This document shows, piece after piece, positions 17,305 to 27,869 of a stretch of 41,608 nucleotides of DNA. How positions within the stretch are numbered: position 1 is the first letter of the stretch; every line of letters begins with the position of its first letter. The stretch lies in the sequence record SRR2962707_2492. One strand, 5' to 3'. Made by a program: the position numbers and the translations under genes. The notes under the pieces are model-generated. The model was given only the letters and a program-made list of their open reading frames with translations, had not been told where the DNA came from and did not search any database.

Positions 17305-18447
17305 ATGACACTCAAGACACTTACAATCGGTGCCGCCACTGCGCTGACAATGGCGGGGGCAGGCTTTGCCGCCCAAGGGATCACCAGCGACAGCGTGAAA
17401 TTCGCTCAGGTCGCCGCCTTGGACGGCCCTGCCGGTGCACTTGGTCTGGGAATGCAGCAGGGTATCCGTGCCGCATTTGAAGACGTCAACAGGGTCGGTG
17501 GCGTCAACGGTCGCATGCTGTCGCTGGATAGCATGGATGACGGGTACGAACCGGATCGCTCCGCCGTCGAAGTGCAGACCATCATTTCCAGCGATGAATA
17601 CCTTGGCCTCGTCGGGGCAGTCGGCACCCCGACATCCGCCGCAACACAGCCCATCGCCACTGCCAGTAACATGCCCTTCATCGGCCCATTTACCGGCGCC
17701 GGCTTTCTGCGGGATGGCAGCTTTAAAAACATCCTGAACGTGCGGGCCTCCTATGCCGCAGAAACCGAGGCTTGGATCAAGCATCTGGTTGACGACGAAG
17801 GCATGTCAAAGATCGCAATCCTATACCAGGACGATGGGTTTGGCCGCGTCGGCCTTGATGGGGTGACCGCAGCGCTCGAACGCCGCGGCATGACCCTGGC
17901 CGCGACCGGCACCTACACGCGTAACACAGTTGCGGTGAAATCCGCCCTGCTGGATATTCGCAAGGCCGACCCCGAAGCCGTCGTTATGGTCGGCGCGTAC
18001 AAGCCGATTGCCGAATTCATCAAGCTTTCGCACAAGCTCAAGTTCAACCCAGAATTCGTCAATATCTCCTTTGTCGGCTCCAAGGCGCTTGCCACAGAAT
18101 TGGGCCCAGACGGTGAAGGTGTGGTCATCTCCCAGGTCGTGCCGTTCCCGTGGGATGCCTCGGTGCCCGTGGTTGCCGCCTATCAGGCCGCCCTCACGGC
18201 CGTCGATCCTGCCGCAGAACCGGGTTTCGTCTCGCTCGAGGGTTACCTTGTTGGCCGCTTGGTGATCGAAATCCTGACCCGGACTGGCACCGATGTCTCG
18301 CGCGAACACTTCCTCGCCGCAATGGAAAACCTCGGAACAGTTGATTTCGGCGGCGCCGAAATGACCTTTGGTCCGGACGACAATCAGGGCATGGATAGCG
18401 TCTTTCTGACGCGCATCAAGGCTGACGGAACCTTTGAACCGATCTGA
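17305..18447 (+). CDS. Periplasmic substrate-binding protein (LivJ/Peripla_BP_6 type)
   Basis: Signal peptide, GGVNGR, DDGYEP, GAVGTPT, NVRASYAAE and YQDDGFG. Alternative start at 17299. Confidence 0.9.
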   Translation: MTLKTLTIGAATALTMAGAGFAAQGITSDSVKFAQVAALDGPAGALGLGMQQGIRAAFEDVNRVGGVNGRMLSLDSMDDGYEPDRSAVEVQTIISSDEYLGLVGAVGTPTSAATQPIATASNMPFIGPFTGAGFLRDGSFKNILNVRASYAAETEAWIKHLVDDEGMSKIAILYQDDGFGRVGLDGVTAALERRGMTLAATGTYTRNTVAVKSALLDIRKADPEAVVMVGAYKPIAEFIKLSHKLKFNPEFVNISFVGSKALATELGPDGEGVVISQVVPFPWDASVPVVAAYQAALTAVDPAAEPGFVSLEGYLVGRLVIEILTRTGTDVSREHFLAAMENLGTVDFGGAEMTFGPDDNQGMDSVFLTRIKADGTFEPI

Positions 18448-18461
18448 CGGAAACGTCCAGC

Positions 18462-18489
18462 AGTCAACCCGCCCCGCGGCGGGTTGACT
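18462..18489 (+). other. Intercistronic stem-loop
   Basis: AGTCAACCCGCC-ccgc-GGCGGGTTGACT, a perfect 12-bp stem with no U tract. Confidence 0.75.
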
Positions 18490-18523
18490 CATTCCCTCAA
18501 CGCTCTCTCGGAAAGCCCATGCA

Positions 18524-21172
18524 ATGAAATCAATTCTTGGAAGCCTCGCTTTAAAGATTACCGTTGTCTTAATTGCGATGGGTGGAATGGTCGGTGTTGC
18601 GATTTACGTTTCCAACGCCGTATTCAAAGAAACTGTGAACAGTCTCGACACACTCGTGAACGAACGACTGAACGAACTCACTCAAAGTTCTTTGCTGGTA
18701 AACAATTCAGACAAATTAAAATCCGAACTTGTCGATGTGCTTCTTGCATCTGATCAGACGGAACTTGCCCAGGCGACAGCGCGTGTAACACAGCACACGG
18801 GCGAAGTGTCAGACATCAGCGACACCTTCTCGGATGAACTGACCCAAACTCTCAAAGCTCAGATCCAAAAGGTCATCGTCGATTTCGACGAGCTGGCCAA
18901 GGCGCGCGACGCGAGCTTTTCAGCCGCCGCAAACCTTCGGACCCAGATGCACGCGCTGCGCGCAGCGGCGGCAGCGTCTGGCGACCATCTGATTGAACTC
19001 AGAGACAACGCCTTTTTTGAACTTTCCCTGGGGGGCGAAGAGACAGTTAACGCGCTGGACAGCAAATTGCAGTTTCTGGTGAACGACGTGGTTGCCACGT
19101 TGCAGAACAGGTACCGCATCAGTGCCGATGTGAACCTGCTCACTGGACTGTCCTTGACCCTGACCCAGACCGCCGACGGCCCCCTGATTTCGATCCTAAA
19201 AGATTTGGCCCAAGGCGCCCTGAGCGATCTGAAGGCCGCAGTACAGGAATCGAAAGACTCTGCATTCGACACCTTTGACACCACCAAAATCGAAGCCAGC
19301 TTTGCCATGTTCGAAAAGGTGTTGAACAGTTCCGCATTTGTCATAAAGGCCGAGCGCGAGAATATCATCACGCTTCAGAGGGAATTGGGATCACTGATTT
19401 CGTCAGAGGTGGATAACCTGATCTTTACCCTCGCCATCGAAAGTGACACGGCGACGGAAGAGAACCGCGCCACGATCCAAACTCTTCTCGACGGGCCGGT
19501 GGCACAGATCATGGACCTGTCGGAAATAGACGTGGCGGTCTGGACCTATGTGGCCTCGGCCCTTGAATTGGCGGCTGCCGAAGACCCGGTTCAGGCTAGC
19601 CTTATGAATGACGAACTCACCAACATGGCTCAGTTATTGACAAGGCTGATCCCCGATACTTTGCCAGAACTTACCGCAGAGGTCGCCCAGTTAACCGCAT
19701 ATTCAAACCCTGAAACGGGACTTTATAACACCCGAAGCGCCATGAACACCTCCGCAATCGTAGCCGAGGAAGCTTTGAAAAAAACCGTGGCAAGCGTGCG
19801 TGCGGTCGGGACAAGCGCCAACGAAGCCGGTGAGCAGACCAGATCGCAGATCAAATCCGACAGCCTCAGCGTTCTTCAAGAGGCCCAAGATGCAAACATT
19901 AAACTGCAGAACATCGGCTGGTTGTCACTTGGAGTCTTTCTTGCAGCCATCGCATTGACATACTTTTCCGTCGTACGTCCCCTGCAGCGGCTGACACGCA
20001 GCACCGAAACGCTCGCGTCGGGCGATCTGGCCCAGGAAATTCCGTTCGAGAGTAAGGGCGGCGAAATCGGACGAATGGCACGCGCCTTGCTGGTCTTCCG
20101 CGACGGTCTGGTTGAAAAGCAGCAAATGCAGGCAAACGACGAAGAGCAGCGCAACCTGCGCCAACAAGAGCAGGAACTGATTGTATCAACGCTGGCTGAA
20201 GGCATGAACCGCCTCGCTGAGGGTGACCTTTCGGTCCAGATCACCCAGACCTTTCCGGGAGATTACGAGCGGCTACGCACGGATTTCAATCAGGCGACCA
20301 CGACACTGCATTCCGCAGTTCAACGAATTGCCCACAGCGCCGCATCCGTAAACGATTCAAGCTCGGAAATCTCCATGGCTTCGGACGATCTGGCGCGCCG
20401 CACCGAACACGCTGCCGCCACACTGGCCGAGACTGCAGCAGCTCTCGCGGAAATGACCACCTCCGTGCACAGCTCCGCCGAACGCGCCGAAAGCGCCCTT
20501 CAGGTCGTCGGTGTGGCCAGCAGCAGCGCCCAGGAAGGCAAGAACATCGTTGAGGCAACCGTCGCCGCCATGCGCCTTATCGAAGATTCAGCGCTCAAGA
20601 TTAGCAAGATCATTGGCGTGATCGACGACATCGCCTTCCAAACGAACCTTTTGGCCCTGAACGCCGGGGTCGAGGCTGCACGCGCAGGAGAGGCTGGTCG
20701 CGGCTTTGCGGTGGTTGCGTCCGAAGTCCGTGGTCTTGCGCAGCGGTCTTCGAACGCTGCCAAGGAGATCAACAGTCTGATTTCCGAAAGTACGGTTCAG
20801 GTCGATCAGGGTGTGTCCCTTGTAGGCAAAACGGAACAAGCGCTCGACCGGATTACTGGTGCGGTGATCGAAGTGTCGCAGCAAGCGTCGCAAATCGCGC
20901 AATCGGCAAAGCAGCAAGCCGTTGGCATTTCTGAGGTCAACACTGCCGTAAATGAACTCGATCAGGTGACCCAGCAGAACGCCGCAATGTTCGAACAGAC
21001 AAGTGCCGCAAGCATGACCCTGAATTCCGAGGCAAGCAATCTAGCGGATGCCATCTCGGGCTTCAAGCTGACCGAATCCAGAAAACATGCAAAGCACAGC
21101 GGGAATTCCGCCGAAGTTCCGGCCGAAGGTTGGAGCGTTGAGGAAGAAGAGGATATGGCTCGCTCTGCCTGA
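18524..21172 (+). CDS. Methyl-accepting chemotaxis protein with a large helical periplasmic domain
   Basis: Two TM segments about 430 aa apart, HAMP domains, and the signalling hairpin [37 protein letters not shown]. Confidence 0.96.
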   Translation: MKSILGSLALKITVVLIAMGGMVGVAIYVSNAVFKETVNSLDTLVNERLNELTQSSLLVNNSDKLKSELVDVLLASDQTELAQATARVTQHTGEVSDISDTFSDELTQTLKAQIQKVIVDFDELAKARDASFSAAANLRTQMHALRAAAAASGDHLIELRDNAFFELSLGGEETVNALDSKLQFLVNDVVATLQNRYRISADVNLLTGLSLTLTQTADGPLISILKDLAQGALSDLKAAVQESKDSAFDTFDTTKIEASFAMFEKVLNSSAFVIKAERENIITLQRELGSLISSEVDNLIFTLAIESDTATEENRATIQTLLDGPVAQIMDLSEIDVAVWTYVASALELAAAEDPVQASLMNDELTNMAQLLTRLIPDTLPELTAEVAQLTAYSNPETGLYNTRSAMNTSAIVAEEALKKTVASVRAVGTSANEAGEQTRSQIKSDSLSVLQEAQDANIKLQNIGWLSLGVFLAAIALTYFSVVRPLQRLTRSTETLASGDLAQEIPFESKGGEIGRMARALLVFRDGLVEKQQMQANDEEQRNLRQQEQELIVSTLAEGMNRLAEGDLSVQITQTFPGDYERLRTDFNQATTTLHSAVQRIAHSAASVNDSSSEISMASDDLARRTEHAAATLAETAAALAEMTTSVHSSAERAESALQVVGVASSSAQEGKNIVEATVAAMRLIEDSALKISKIIGVIDDIAFQTNLLALNAGVEAARAGEAGRGFAVVASEVRGLAQRSSNAAKEINSLISESTVQVDQGVSLVGKTEQALDRITGAVIEVSQQASQIAQSAKQQAVGISEVNTAVNELDQVTQQNAAMFEQTSAASMTLNSEASNLADAISGFKLTESRKHAKHSGNSAEVPAEGWSVEEEEDMARSA

Positions 21173-21427
21173 GCCAGCTGCCCAAGCTCATGCGGCGGTC
21201 CGGGTTGGCGCGCAAATATCCCGCGACGCTCGAGCCCGGGCCAATGGGATCCCTACGCGGACAGCTAACTTTGAATACACCCAATTTTGCGCCATTAGAA
21301 ATTTTTGGCGAATTCAGAATCGCTTCTCGTCCTCAGATAGTGACGCCCAACAACACAATCGCGTTGTACCCGCTGACCACATCGGGGTAGGAAGCGACCA
21401 GGTTTCGACAACGGGCGACACGCAAAA

Positions 21428-22120
21428 ATGAAGATGCGCGACACTTTTCTTAAACCCATGCACCCCGAGGGGCGCAGGTTTGTGGCAATATTTGCAGCGA
21501 TCAGTGTGGTTCTTTTCCTGATTTGGGATCCGTTGGGATGGATCGGCGTGGGTTTGACCATTTGGTGTTACTATTTCTTTCGTGATCCGCTGCGGACAAC
21601 GCCAACCCGCGCAGGACTGATCATAAGCCCTGCGGATGGCATCGTTTCATTGATCGAACCAGCCGTTCCACCGGCAGAGCTCGGCATGGCCGACGCGCCG
21701 CTGATGCGTGTAAGCGTTTTCATGAACGTGTTCAATTGTCACGTGAACCGCGCGCCAATCGCCGGTCGCATCAGCGCGATCGCTTATAGGCCCGGAAAGT
21801 TTTTGAATGCTTCGCTCGACAAGGCCAGTGCAGACAATGAGCGCAACAGCCTTTGCATAAACATGGCCGATGGCCGCCAGGTCGCCGTGGTGCAGATCGC
21901 CGGCCTAGTGGCGCGGCGGATCGTGTGTTTCGTTACCCCCGGCACCGAAATTGCGACAGGCGGCCGTTTTGGACTGATCCGTTTCGGATCGCGTGTGGAT
22001 GTCTACTTGCCTGACGGCGTGGCCCCGATGGTCAGCATCGGCCAGACGATGGTTGCCGGCGAAACCGTGCTAGCCGATCTGATGTCGGACGAGCCCCCCC
22101 GCCACAGTCATACGGGCTGA
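21428..22120 (+). CDS. psd: Phosphatidylserine decarboxylase proenzyme
   Basis: [34 protein letters not shown] and the IRFGSRVD autocleavage motif. Confidence 0.96.
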   Translation: MKMRDTFLKPMHPEGRRFVAIFAAISVVLFLIWDPLGWIGVGLTIWCYYFFRDPLRTTPTRAGLIISPADGIVSLIEPAVPPAELGMADAPLMRVSVFMNVFNCHVNRAPIAGRISAIAYRPGKFLNASLDKASADNERNSLCINMADGRQVAVVQIAGLVARRIVCFVTPGTEIATGGRFGLIRFGSRVDVYLPDGVAPMVSIGQTMVAGETVLADLMSDEPPRHSHTG

Positions 22121-22123
22121 GCC

Positions 22124-22870
22124 ATGAGGGACGATTTTCCCGGCCAAAAGGGCGATTTGCAACTGGTGCAGCTGTTGCCCAATCTGATGACAATCGCGGC
22201 GATCTGCGCCGGGCTGACCGCGATACGGTTCGGGTTTCAGGCCGATTTCGACAGGGCGGTACGACTGATCCTTTTGGCGGCGGTGCTTGATGGGATGGAC
22301 GGACGCCTGGCCCGGCTACTCAAAAGCGAATCCAAGATCGGTGCCGAACTCGATTCACTGGCGGATTTCCTGAACTTTGGCGTCGCGCCTGCGCTTATCC
22401 TGCATGTCTGGGCCTTGCAGGACTGGCGCGGTGCCGGATGGATGGCTGTCTTGATCTATGCTGTTTGCTGCGTGCTGCGCCTTGCCAGGTTCAACGTGAC
22501 AAGCAAGGATGGCGACGAACCCAAAGGCAAAAATTATTTTGTGGGTGTGCCATCACCTGCCGGGGCCTTTCTGGTGATGTTGCCGATGTTCGTGGCCTTC
22601 CTCTTTCCCGAACTGCCGCGCGTCCCAGTTGAGGTTTTGGCAGGCTATGTGGTGGCTGTCGGGTTGCTGATGATCAGCAATATTCCAACGTATTCCTTCA
22701 AGAGAATCGCCATTTCGCGGAGCAACGCGAAATTCGTCGTCTTGGGTTTCGTCCTTCTGATTGCGGCTTTGCTGACATATCTCTGGGCGACACTCGCCCT
22801 GCTGAGCGTTGGCTACGCGGCCACTGTTCTCTGGGCGCTCCTTCCCGGAAAGCTACGCAGGCGCGAATAA
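22124..22870 (+). CDS. pssA: CDP-diacylglycerol--serine O-phosphatidyltransferase
   Basis: CDP-alcohol motif DGMDGRLAR...GAELDSLAD, plus LRLARFN and FVGVPSPAGA. Confidence 0.95.
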   Translation: MRDDFPGQKGDLQLVQLLPNLMTIAAICAGLTAIRFGFQADFDRAVRLILLAAVLDGMDGRLARLLKSESKIGAELDSLADFLNFGVAPALILHVWALQDWRGAGWMAVLIYAVCCVLRLARFNVTSKDGDEPKGKNYFVGVPSPAGAFLVMLPMFVAFLFPELPRVPVEVLAGYVVAVGLLMISNIPTYSFKRIAISRSNAKFVVLGFVLLIAALLTYLWATLALLSVGYAATVLWALLPGKLRRRE

Positions 22871-22880
22871 GGGCACCATT

Positions 22881-23513
22881 ATGGACATCGACGCAGTCAA
22901 AACCTCTTATTCACGCTGGGCCCCCATTTATGACCGCACGTTTGGCGCGATCACGCAGGTCGGACGCCGGGCGACGGTTGGCTATATCAACAGCCAGCCG
23001 GTCAAAAGCGTTCTTGAGGTAGGCGTCGGCACCGGCCTGGCCTTGCAATTCTACCGCAGCGACATAAAGCTTACCGGCGTCGACTTTAGCATGGCTATGC
23101 TGGAAAAGGCGCGCATTCGGGTCGCAGAGGAAGAACTGACACATGTGCAGCAGCTGCTGCAGATGGATGCGCGGATGCTGGATTTTCCGGACGACCACTT
23201 TGATGTCGTCACAGCGATGCACATTGTGTCCGTTGTGCCCGAACCCGAAAAGGTCGTGTCCGAAATGGCGCGGGTCTGCAAACCGGGTGGCAAGATCGTG
23301 ATCACCAATCATTTCGCCAGCGACAAGGGCATTCTGGCCCTGGTCGAGAAGCTTAGCGCGCCGTTTTCTGACCTTTTGGGCTGGCATTCTGATTTCCGAA
23401 TCTCGACTGTTCTCGGAAATCCGGCGCTGACAGTTGTGGAACGCCGGTCGCTGCCGCCAATGGGAGTTATGACGTTTCTGGTGCTTGAAAAATCGATCCC
23501 TACGCTGTCCTGA
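22881..23513 (+). CDS. pmtA: Phosphatidylethanolamine N-methyltransferase (Rhodobacter-type)
   Basis: YSRWAPIYD, VLEVGVGTG, VSVVPEPE and ITNHF. Follows psd-pssA. Confidence 0.88.
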   Translation: MDIDAVKTSYSRWAPIYDRTFGAITQVGRRATVGYINSQPVKSVLEVGVGTGLALQFYRSDIKLTGVDFSMAMLEKARIRVAEEELTHVQQLLQMDARMLDFPDDHFDVVTAMHIVSVVPEPEKVVSEMARVCKPGGKIVITNHFASDKGILALVEKLSAPFSDLLGWHSDFRISTVLGNPALTVVERRSLPPMGVMTFLVLEKSIPTLS

Positions 23514-23755
23514 TCCGTTCTGTGGAACTCGATCTGCATCTGATCAAGCCCTCTTTCACCAACGTTCTTCGGCTCTTAATTAACGTGACGGGCCAGAATA
23601 GTGGATGCGTTGACATTCTGAATTTCTGCCTCCCACGTCTGACGGCTGACAACAGTTTTGTCTTGTGCCCGCGCTTCCATTACGACCGTACCGACCAGCC
23701 TTGCGCCGATCAGGAAATGTACCCAATTTTCCTTTATTGAGCCGGGAGACGCCGA

Positions 23756-24256
23756 TTATTCCGTTTTCAAATCCGACCTGGCGAAGTCATAGGCCCGGGC
23801 AACAATCACGTCACGCGATAGCGCCACGTCGACGGCAAGCACCCCCGGACCGGTCGGTGGTTCAAGATCCGCGAACTGACTCTCGAGCAGGCTGATCGGC
23901 ATGAAATGCGCGGACCGCGCAGCCATACGTTCGGCCAGCAGGGCCTTGCTGCCAGAAAGAAAGATGATCCCCATGTCTGGATGGGTGGATTGCAGGCGCG
24001 TCCGGTACGCAGACTTCAGCGCCGAACAGGCAATGACAACACTGCCCGTTTGCGCCGCTGCTGCCGCTGCGATCCGATCAAGCCACCCCCAGCGGTGCTC
24101 GTCCGTCAGCGGCAAGCCCGAAGCCATGCGTCCGACAGCCTCAGGTGAATGAAAATCATCCGCTTCGATGAAAGCAGCGTTCAGTTTTTCGGAAAGTGCG
24201 CGCGCAACGGTTGATTTCCCGGTGCCACAAACCCCCATTACCAAGAGAATTCGCAT
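23756..24256 (-). CDS. gntK: Gluconokinase (GntK/IdnK type)
   Basis: VMGVCGTGKST P-loop, EADDFH, PLTDEHRWGWL, ACSALKSAYR and HFMPISLLESQFADLEPP. Confidence 0.93.
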   Translation of the reverse strand: MRILLVMGVCGTGKSTVARALSEKLNAAFIEADDFHSPEAVGRMASGLPLTDEHRWGWLDRIAAAAAAQTGSVVIACSALKSAYRTRLQSTHPDMGIIFLSGSKALLAERMAARSAHFMPISLLESQFADLEPPTGPGVLAVDVALSRDVIVARAYDFARSDLKTE

Positions 24257-24533
24257 TTTACCCTCCAAACAGACGCAAGATCCACATATGCCCGCGCTGT
24301 CATTAGGTAACAGAGCTGGCTTTCGTCAAGGATAGCTTTGACATGAGATCGACACAGTAGCCCGTCACGGACCCGAAATGACAGGGAATCTCACCCAACG
24401 ATTGGCGAAGGACACGGCGAACATCGCATAAATCCGGTTTGCGAATTGATGATGCGATTCGGCGTAAATCGCCATACATTGCACGACACTGGCACCAAGC
24501 ATCCAATGCAGGGTACATGAAGACCACTCAGCA

Positions 24534-24567
24534 AAAAGGCGCGCCATCCGGGGACCACGCGCCTTTT
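24534..24567. terminator. Intrinsic terminator after the aminotransferase (possibly bidirectional)
   Basis: AAAAGGCGCG...CGCGCCTTTT inverted repeat with A and T tracts on both sides. Confidence 0.75.
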
Positions 24568-24588
24568 GCCATTTCAAATATTCAAACC

Positions 24589-25971
24589 TTAGCTCAGACC
24601 TTCAGCCTCAACCCAGTCCTGTGCGAGGTCTAGAGCCCGGCCCATCCTTTCGAGGATCTGGTCAATGTCGTCCTCTGTCACGATCAGCGGCGGGCAAAGG
24701 GCCACGGTTTCATAGACGTTGCGGCAGATCAGGCCTTCTTGCGCGGCGAATTTAACAACCTGTGCCGAAACCTTTCCCGCCGGGGAAAAGCTGCGCTTTG
24801 TCGCCTTGTCAGCCACCAGCTCCAAACCTGCGATAAGTCCCACGCCGCGTACCTCACCGACCAACGGATGATCGGCGAACTTTCGCAGCCCATCCTGGAA
24901 ACGCGATTCCAGGCGGGCGGCATTGCCGATCAGATCCCGCTCTTGAATGATGGCAAGGTTTTCCAAACCCACAGCGCAGGCAACCGGGTGACCGGACCCG
25001 GTAAAACCATGACCGAAAGTGCCCAGTTTTTCCGAATGGTCGGCGATGGCGTTGTAGACCTTGTCGTTCATGATGATTGCAGACAGCGGCATGTAGGACG
25101 ATGTCAATTGCTTGGACATCACCATGATGTCTGGGGTAAATCCGTATTTTTGGCAGCCAAAGGTCGTCCCCAGACGGCCGAACCCGTTAATGACCTCGTC
25201 TGCGATCAACACGATGTCGTATTTGCGGCACAGCGCCTCAATCCCGGGCCAATATCCTTCGGGCGGGGTCATGACGCCACCTGCACCCATCACCGGCTCG
25301 CCGATGAAACCGGCAATCGTCTCTGGACCTTCGGCCAGGATCACATCCTCGGCCTCGTTCAGCAGGCGCGCAGTAAACTCGGCTTCGCTCTCGCCATCCT
25401 GTCCCCAGCGCCAGTAGTGCGGGCAGGTCAGATGCGTGACAGGGATGGCGGGCAGATCGAAATCCTTGTGGTTCGCCGGCAAACCAGTCAACGAACCAGA
25501 GGCGATTGTGATCCCGTGATAGCCTCTGTCGCGCGCCAAAAACCGCTTCTTTTCGGGGCGCCCCAGGCCGTTATTCATAAACCACAGCATCTTGATGACG
25601 GTGTCGTTTGCCTCGGACCCCGAGTTGGTGAAGAACACCCGGTTCATGCCTTCGGGTGCCATTTCCGCCAACTTCTCGGCCAGGCGGATCGCAGGCTCAT
25701 GCGATTTGTGGGAAAAGCTGTGATAATAGGGCAGCAGGTCCATTTGCCGGACAGCGGCATCCCGCAGGCGCGGTTCGGAAAAGCCGACAGCCACGGACCA
25801 GAGCCCGGCAAGACCTTCGATATATTCTTTGCCGTGATCATCATAGACACGCACGCCATCCCCACGCGCCATGATCATCGGCCCCTGCTTTTCGTGTAGG
25901 CGCATGTTTGTATAGGGATGTACGCTGTGCGCGATGTCCGCTGCGGCGAGCGAGTTTGACAGGTCTTTCAT
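24589..25971 (-). CDS. Class III (omega-type) PLP aminotransferase
   Basis: GLAGLW, FTNSGSEAND, GYHG, EPVMGAGG, ADEVINGFGRLG, SKQLTSSYMP (PLP Lys) and HGFTGSGHP. Confidence 0.95.
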   Translation of the reverse strand: MKDLSNSLAAADIAHSVHPYTNMRLHEKQGPMIMARGDGVRVYDDHGKEYIEGLAGLWSVAVGFSEPRLRDAAVRQMDLLPYYHSFSHKSHEPAIRLAEKLAEMAPEGMNRVFFTNSGSEANDTVIKMLWFMNNGLGRPEKKRFLARDRGYHGITIASGSLTGLPANHKDFDLPAIPVTHLTCPHYWRWGQDGESEAEFTARLLNEAEDVILAEGPETIAGFIGEPVMGAGGVMTPPEGYWPGIEALCRKYDIVLIADEVINGFGRLGTTFGCQKYGFTPDIMVMSKQLTSSYMPLSAIIMNDKVYNAIADHSEKLGTFGHGFTGSGHPVACAVGLENLAIIQERDLIGNAARLESRFQDGLRKFADHPLVGEVRGVGLIAGLELVADKATKRSFSPAGKVSAQVVKFAAQEGLICRNVYETVALCPPLIVTEDDIDQILERMGRALDLAQDWVEAEGLS

Positions 25972-25986
25972 GTGTTTCTCCGAAAA

Positions 25987-27021
25987 TCAGGCGCGCGTGT
26001 CGCGGCCAAGAAATCCCCCAAGGAAGGAGGCAAGCGATGTGGTCAGATCCGGTGAAAGATAGCCACCTTCCTGGACCAGGACTGTAGGCAGGTCCGCCTC
26101 GGCGATCAGAAGACCGGCCTGCCGGAATCCCTCAAAAGTGACTTTCATGCCCTTTAGAGGATCGTTTTCATGTGCATCGAGTCCCAAACTGATCACAAGC
26201 GCACCCGGATCGAATTCCGCGATCCCCGCAAGGGCGTCGGAAATCGCCGCGCACCAATCATCGTCTGCCGTGGTGGGGGGCAGCGGCATGTTGATGTTGA
26301 ACCCTTGGCCCAGCCCACGTCCGGTTTCATGTGCGTGTCCCACGAAGAACGGATAATACAGATGCGGGTCAGTATGGATCGAGATAAATAGCACGTCGTC
26401 GCGGTCGTAAAATATCCACTGCGTACCATTCCCATGGTGCACGTCGATGTCCAGGATCGCCACACGTTCATGTTTTTCGCGCAGACGTTCTGCCGCGATG
26501 GCGCTGACGTTCATCAGGCAGTGCCCGGCGCAGGTTTCGGCATCCGAATGGTGGCCCGGCGGGCGGGTCAGTGCATAGGCCGCGCGATCACCGTCCAGAA
26601 CCGCATCCGCCGCCGCTATGGCACAGTCGGCGGCGCGTCGCGTCGCATCCCAGCTGTGCGGCCCAATTGGGGCCGAGGTATCGCCCATATGCCAACCCGC
26701 CCGCCCGATGATGCTGTCGGGATAGGTCGCCCTAGCCTTTTGTGCAAAGGCGTTCGGTACCACTTCGACCCCCGCGCCGGGCAGTTTCTGCCAATCTTCC
26801 CAAGCCGTTTCAAGAAAGGTCAGCAGTTCGGGTGTATGCACGGCCTCAAGACAGGCGCGCGGCGCCTCGGGCGGTTCTTGTGTGCTCAGCCCCAGCTGGT
26901 TCAGCCCAGCAATCAGAAGCGTTGCCCTCTCGGCCTGTTCAGCGTTGCGCATCAAAGCGCCATTGGTCAGGCGAAACTGCGGGTCATGCGCTTCGGTTTC
27001 TTTGGCGTAAAAACACTTCAT
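25987..27021 (-). CDS. Histone deacetylase family Zn amidohydrolase (acetylpolyamine amidohydrolase-like)
   Basis: RPPGHH, DIDVHHGNGTQ, SLGLDAHENDP and QEGGY. Confidence 0.94.
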   Translation of the reverse strand: MKCFYAKETEAHDPQFRLTNGALMRNAEQAERATLLIAGLNQLGLSTQEPPEAPRACLEAVHTPELLTFLETAWEDWQKLPGAGVEVVPNAFAQKARATYPDSIIGRAGWHMGDTSAPIGPHSWDATRRAADCAIAAADAVLDGDRAAYALTRPPGHHSDAETCAGHCLMNVSAIAAERLREKHERVAILDIDVHHGNGTQWIFYDRDDVLFISIHTDPHLYYPFFVGHAHETGRGLGQGFNINMPLPPTTADDDWCAAISDALAGIAEFDPGALVISLGLDAHENDPLKGMKVTFEGFRQAGLLIAEADLPTVLVQEGGYLSPDLTTSLASFLGGFLGRDTRA

Positions 27022-27734
27022 GGGGCGATATTGTCCTCCAGCAGGCGGAATTGTTGGCAGACAAGCGTCCGCGCAGTTCCGATGTGATAATCTATGGCAT
27101 CTACAGCAGCATCCGTGTCGCCCGCTGCGATCGCATCGATGATCGGCTGGTGGGTTTCTGCCATCTTGTGAGGGTCGTCGTACAGCCGACCGATCAAGAT
27201 CAGGCCCAGTTTGGTTTCATTCGCGATCTGATCAAAGACCGACAAGAAACGCGGATTGCCCGATCCCTTGCAGATCAGCCGATGAAACTGCATATCCGCC
27301 TCGACTTGGCGCGCCATATCCTCGCCAGTCTCGGCGACCCGAAAAAGCTCTTTGAGTTGTTCCCGCAGCAGCGGAAGCGTTTTTTCAGCCCCCTCAGCCA
27401 CAAGCCGAGCAATGGCTGCGCGTTCGATGACGATGCGAAATTCGTAAAGGTTGTCCAAAGCGGCAGACGACATCGTCTGCACAAAAAAACCGCGGTTGGT
27501 GTGATATTCAACCAAACCAGAGCTTTCGAGCAGGCGAGCGGCCTCTCTGACTGGCGCGCGGGAAAGCCCCATGTCGCGGGCGATGGCCGATTCTGACAGC
27601 CGCTCGCCAGGACGAATCCGTCCTGCAATGATCGCCTCGGCCAGCAGGTTTGCCACACGATCCACCAACCCATCACGGCTCACCCGCTGGAATCGCGTCT
27701 CGGACGGGACTTCTGGCTGCAAAGGGTCAAACAC
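27018..27734 (-). CDS. GntR family (FCD) transcriptional regulator; start uncertain
   Basis: PGERLSESAIARDMGLSRAPVREA wHTH and FCD motifs DMQFHRLI...SGN and H..II.AI..GD. The in-frame start is GTG at 27734. The RBS-preceded ATG at 27750 is out of frame. Confidence 0.88.
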   Translation of the reverse strand: MFDPLQPEVPSETRFQRVSRDGLVDRVANLLAEAIIAGRIRPGERLSESAIARDMGLSRAPVREAARLLESSGLVEYHTNRGFFVQTMSSAALDNLYEFRIVIERAAIARLVAEGAEKTLPLLREQLKELFRVAETGEDMARQVEADMQFHRLICKGSGNPRFLSVFDQIANETKLGLILIGRLYDDPHKMAETHQPIIDAIAAGDTDAAVDAIDYHIGTARTLVCQQFRLLEDNIAP

Positions 27735-27792
27735 GGAATAAGATGTCCATACGGCAGGCTCCTTGAAAACAGCAGTATCCGCAAAAATGTCG

Positions 27793-27804
27793 ATTGTCGA
27801 CAAT
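27793..27804. promoter_or_regulatory. Candidate GntR operator
   Basis: Perfect palindrome ATTGTCGACAAT, preceded by the partial copy ATGTCG, in the divergent spacer. Confidence 0.7.
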
Positions 27805-27869
27805 TTCCTTGACTCGTAGTCGGGAACCGCAATGCTGGGGCCAATCGCAACCGGACCAAGGATCACCAC

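Noticed and set aside
23514-23755. Short open frames between pmtA and the gluconokinase
   Set aside because: No recognisable family, and no convincing RBS and start combination.
23756-24256. Gluconokinase as part of the GntR catabolic island
   Set aside because: It is separated from the aminotransferase by a terminator and about 330 bp, so membership is not supported by sequence alone.
24303-24577. 70-74 aa ORFs between the gluconokinase and the aminotransferase
   Set aside because: No motifs, and one crosses the terminator. The region is more likely the gntK promoter.
17137-24588. Genomic island or mobile element suggested by the visibly more AT-rich MCP region
   Set aside because: No integrase, transposase, tRNA target or flanking direct repeats were seen, and the composition shift was not quantified.
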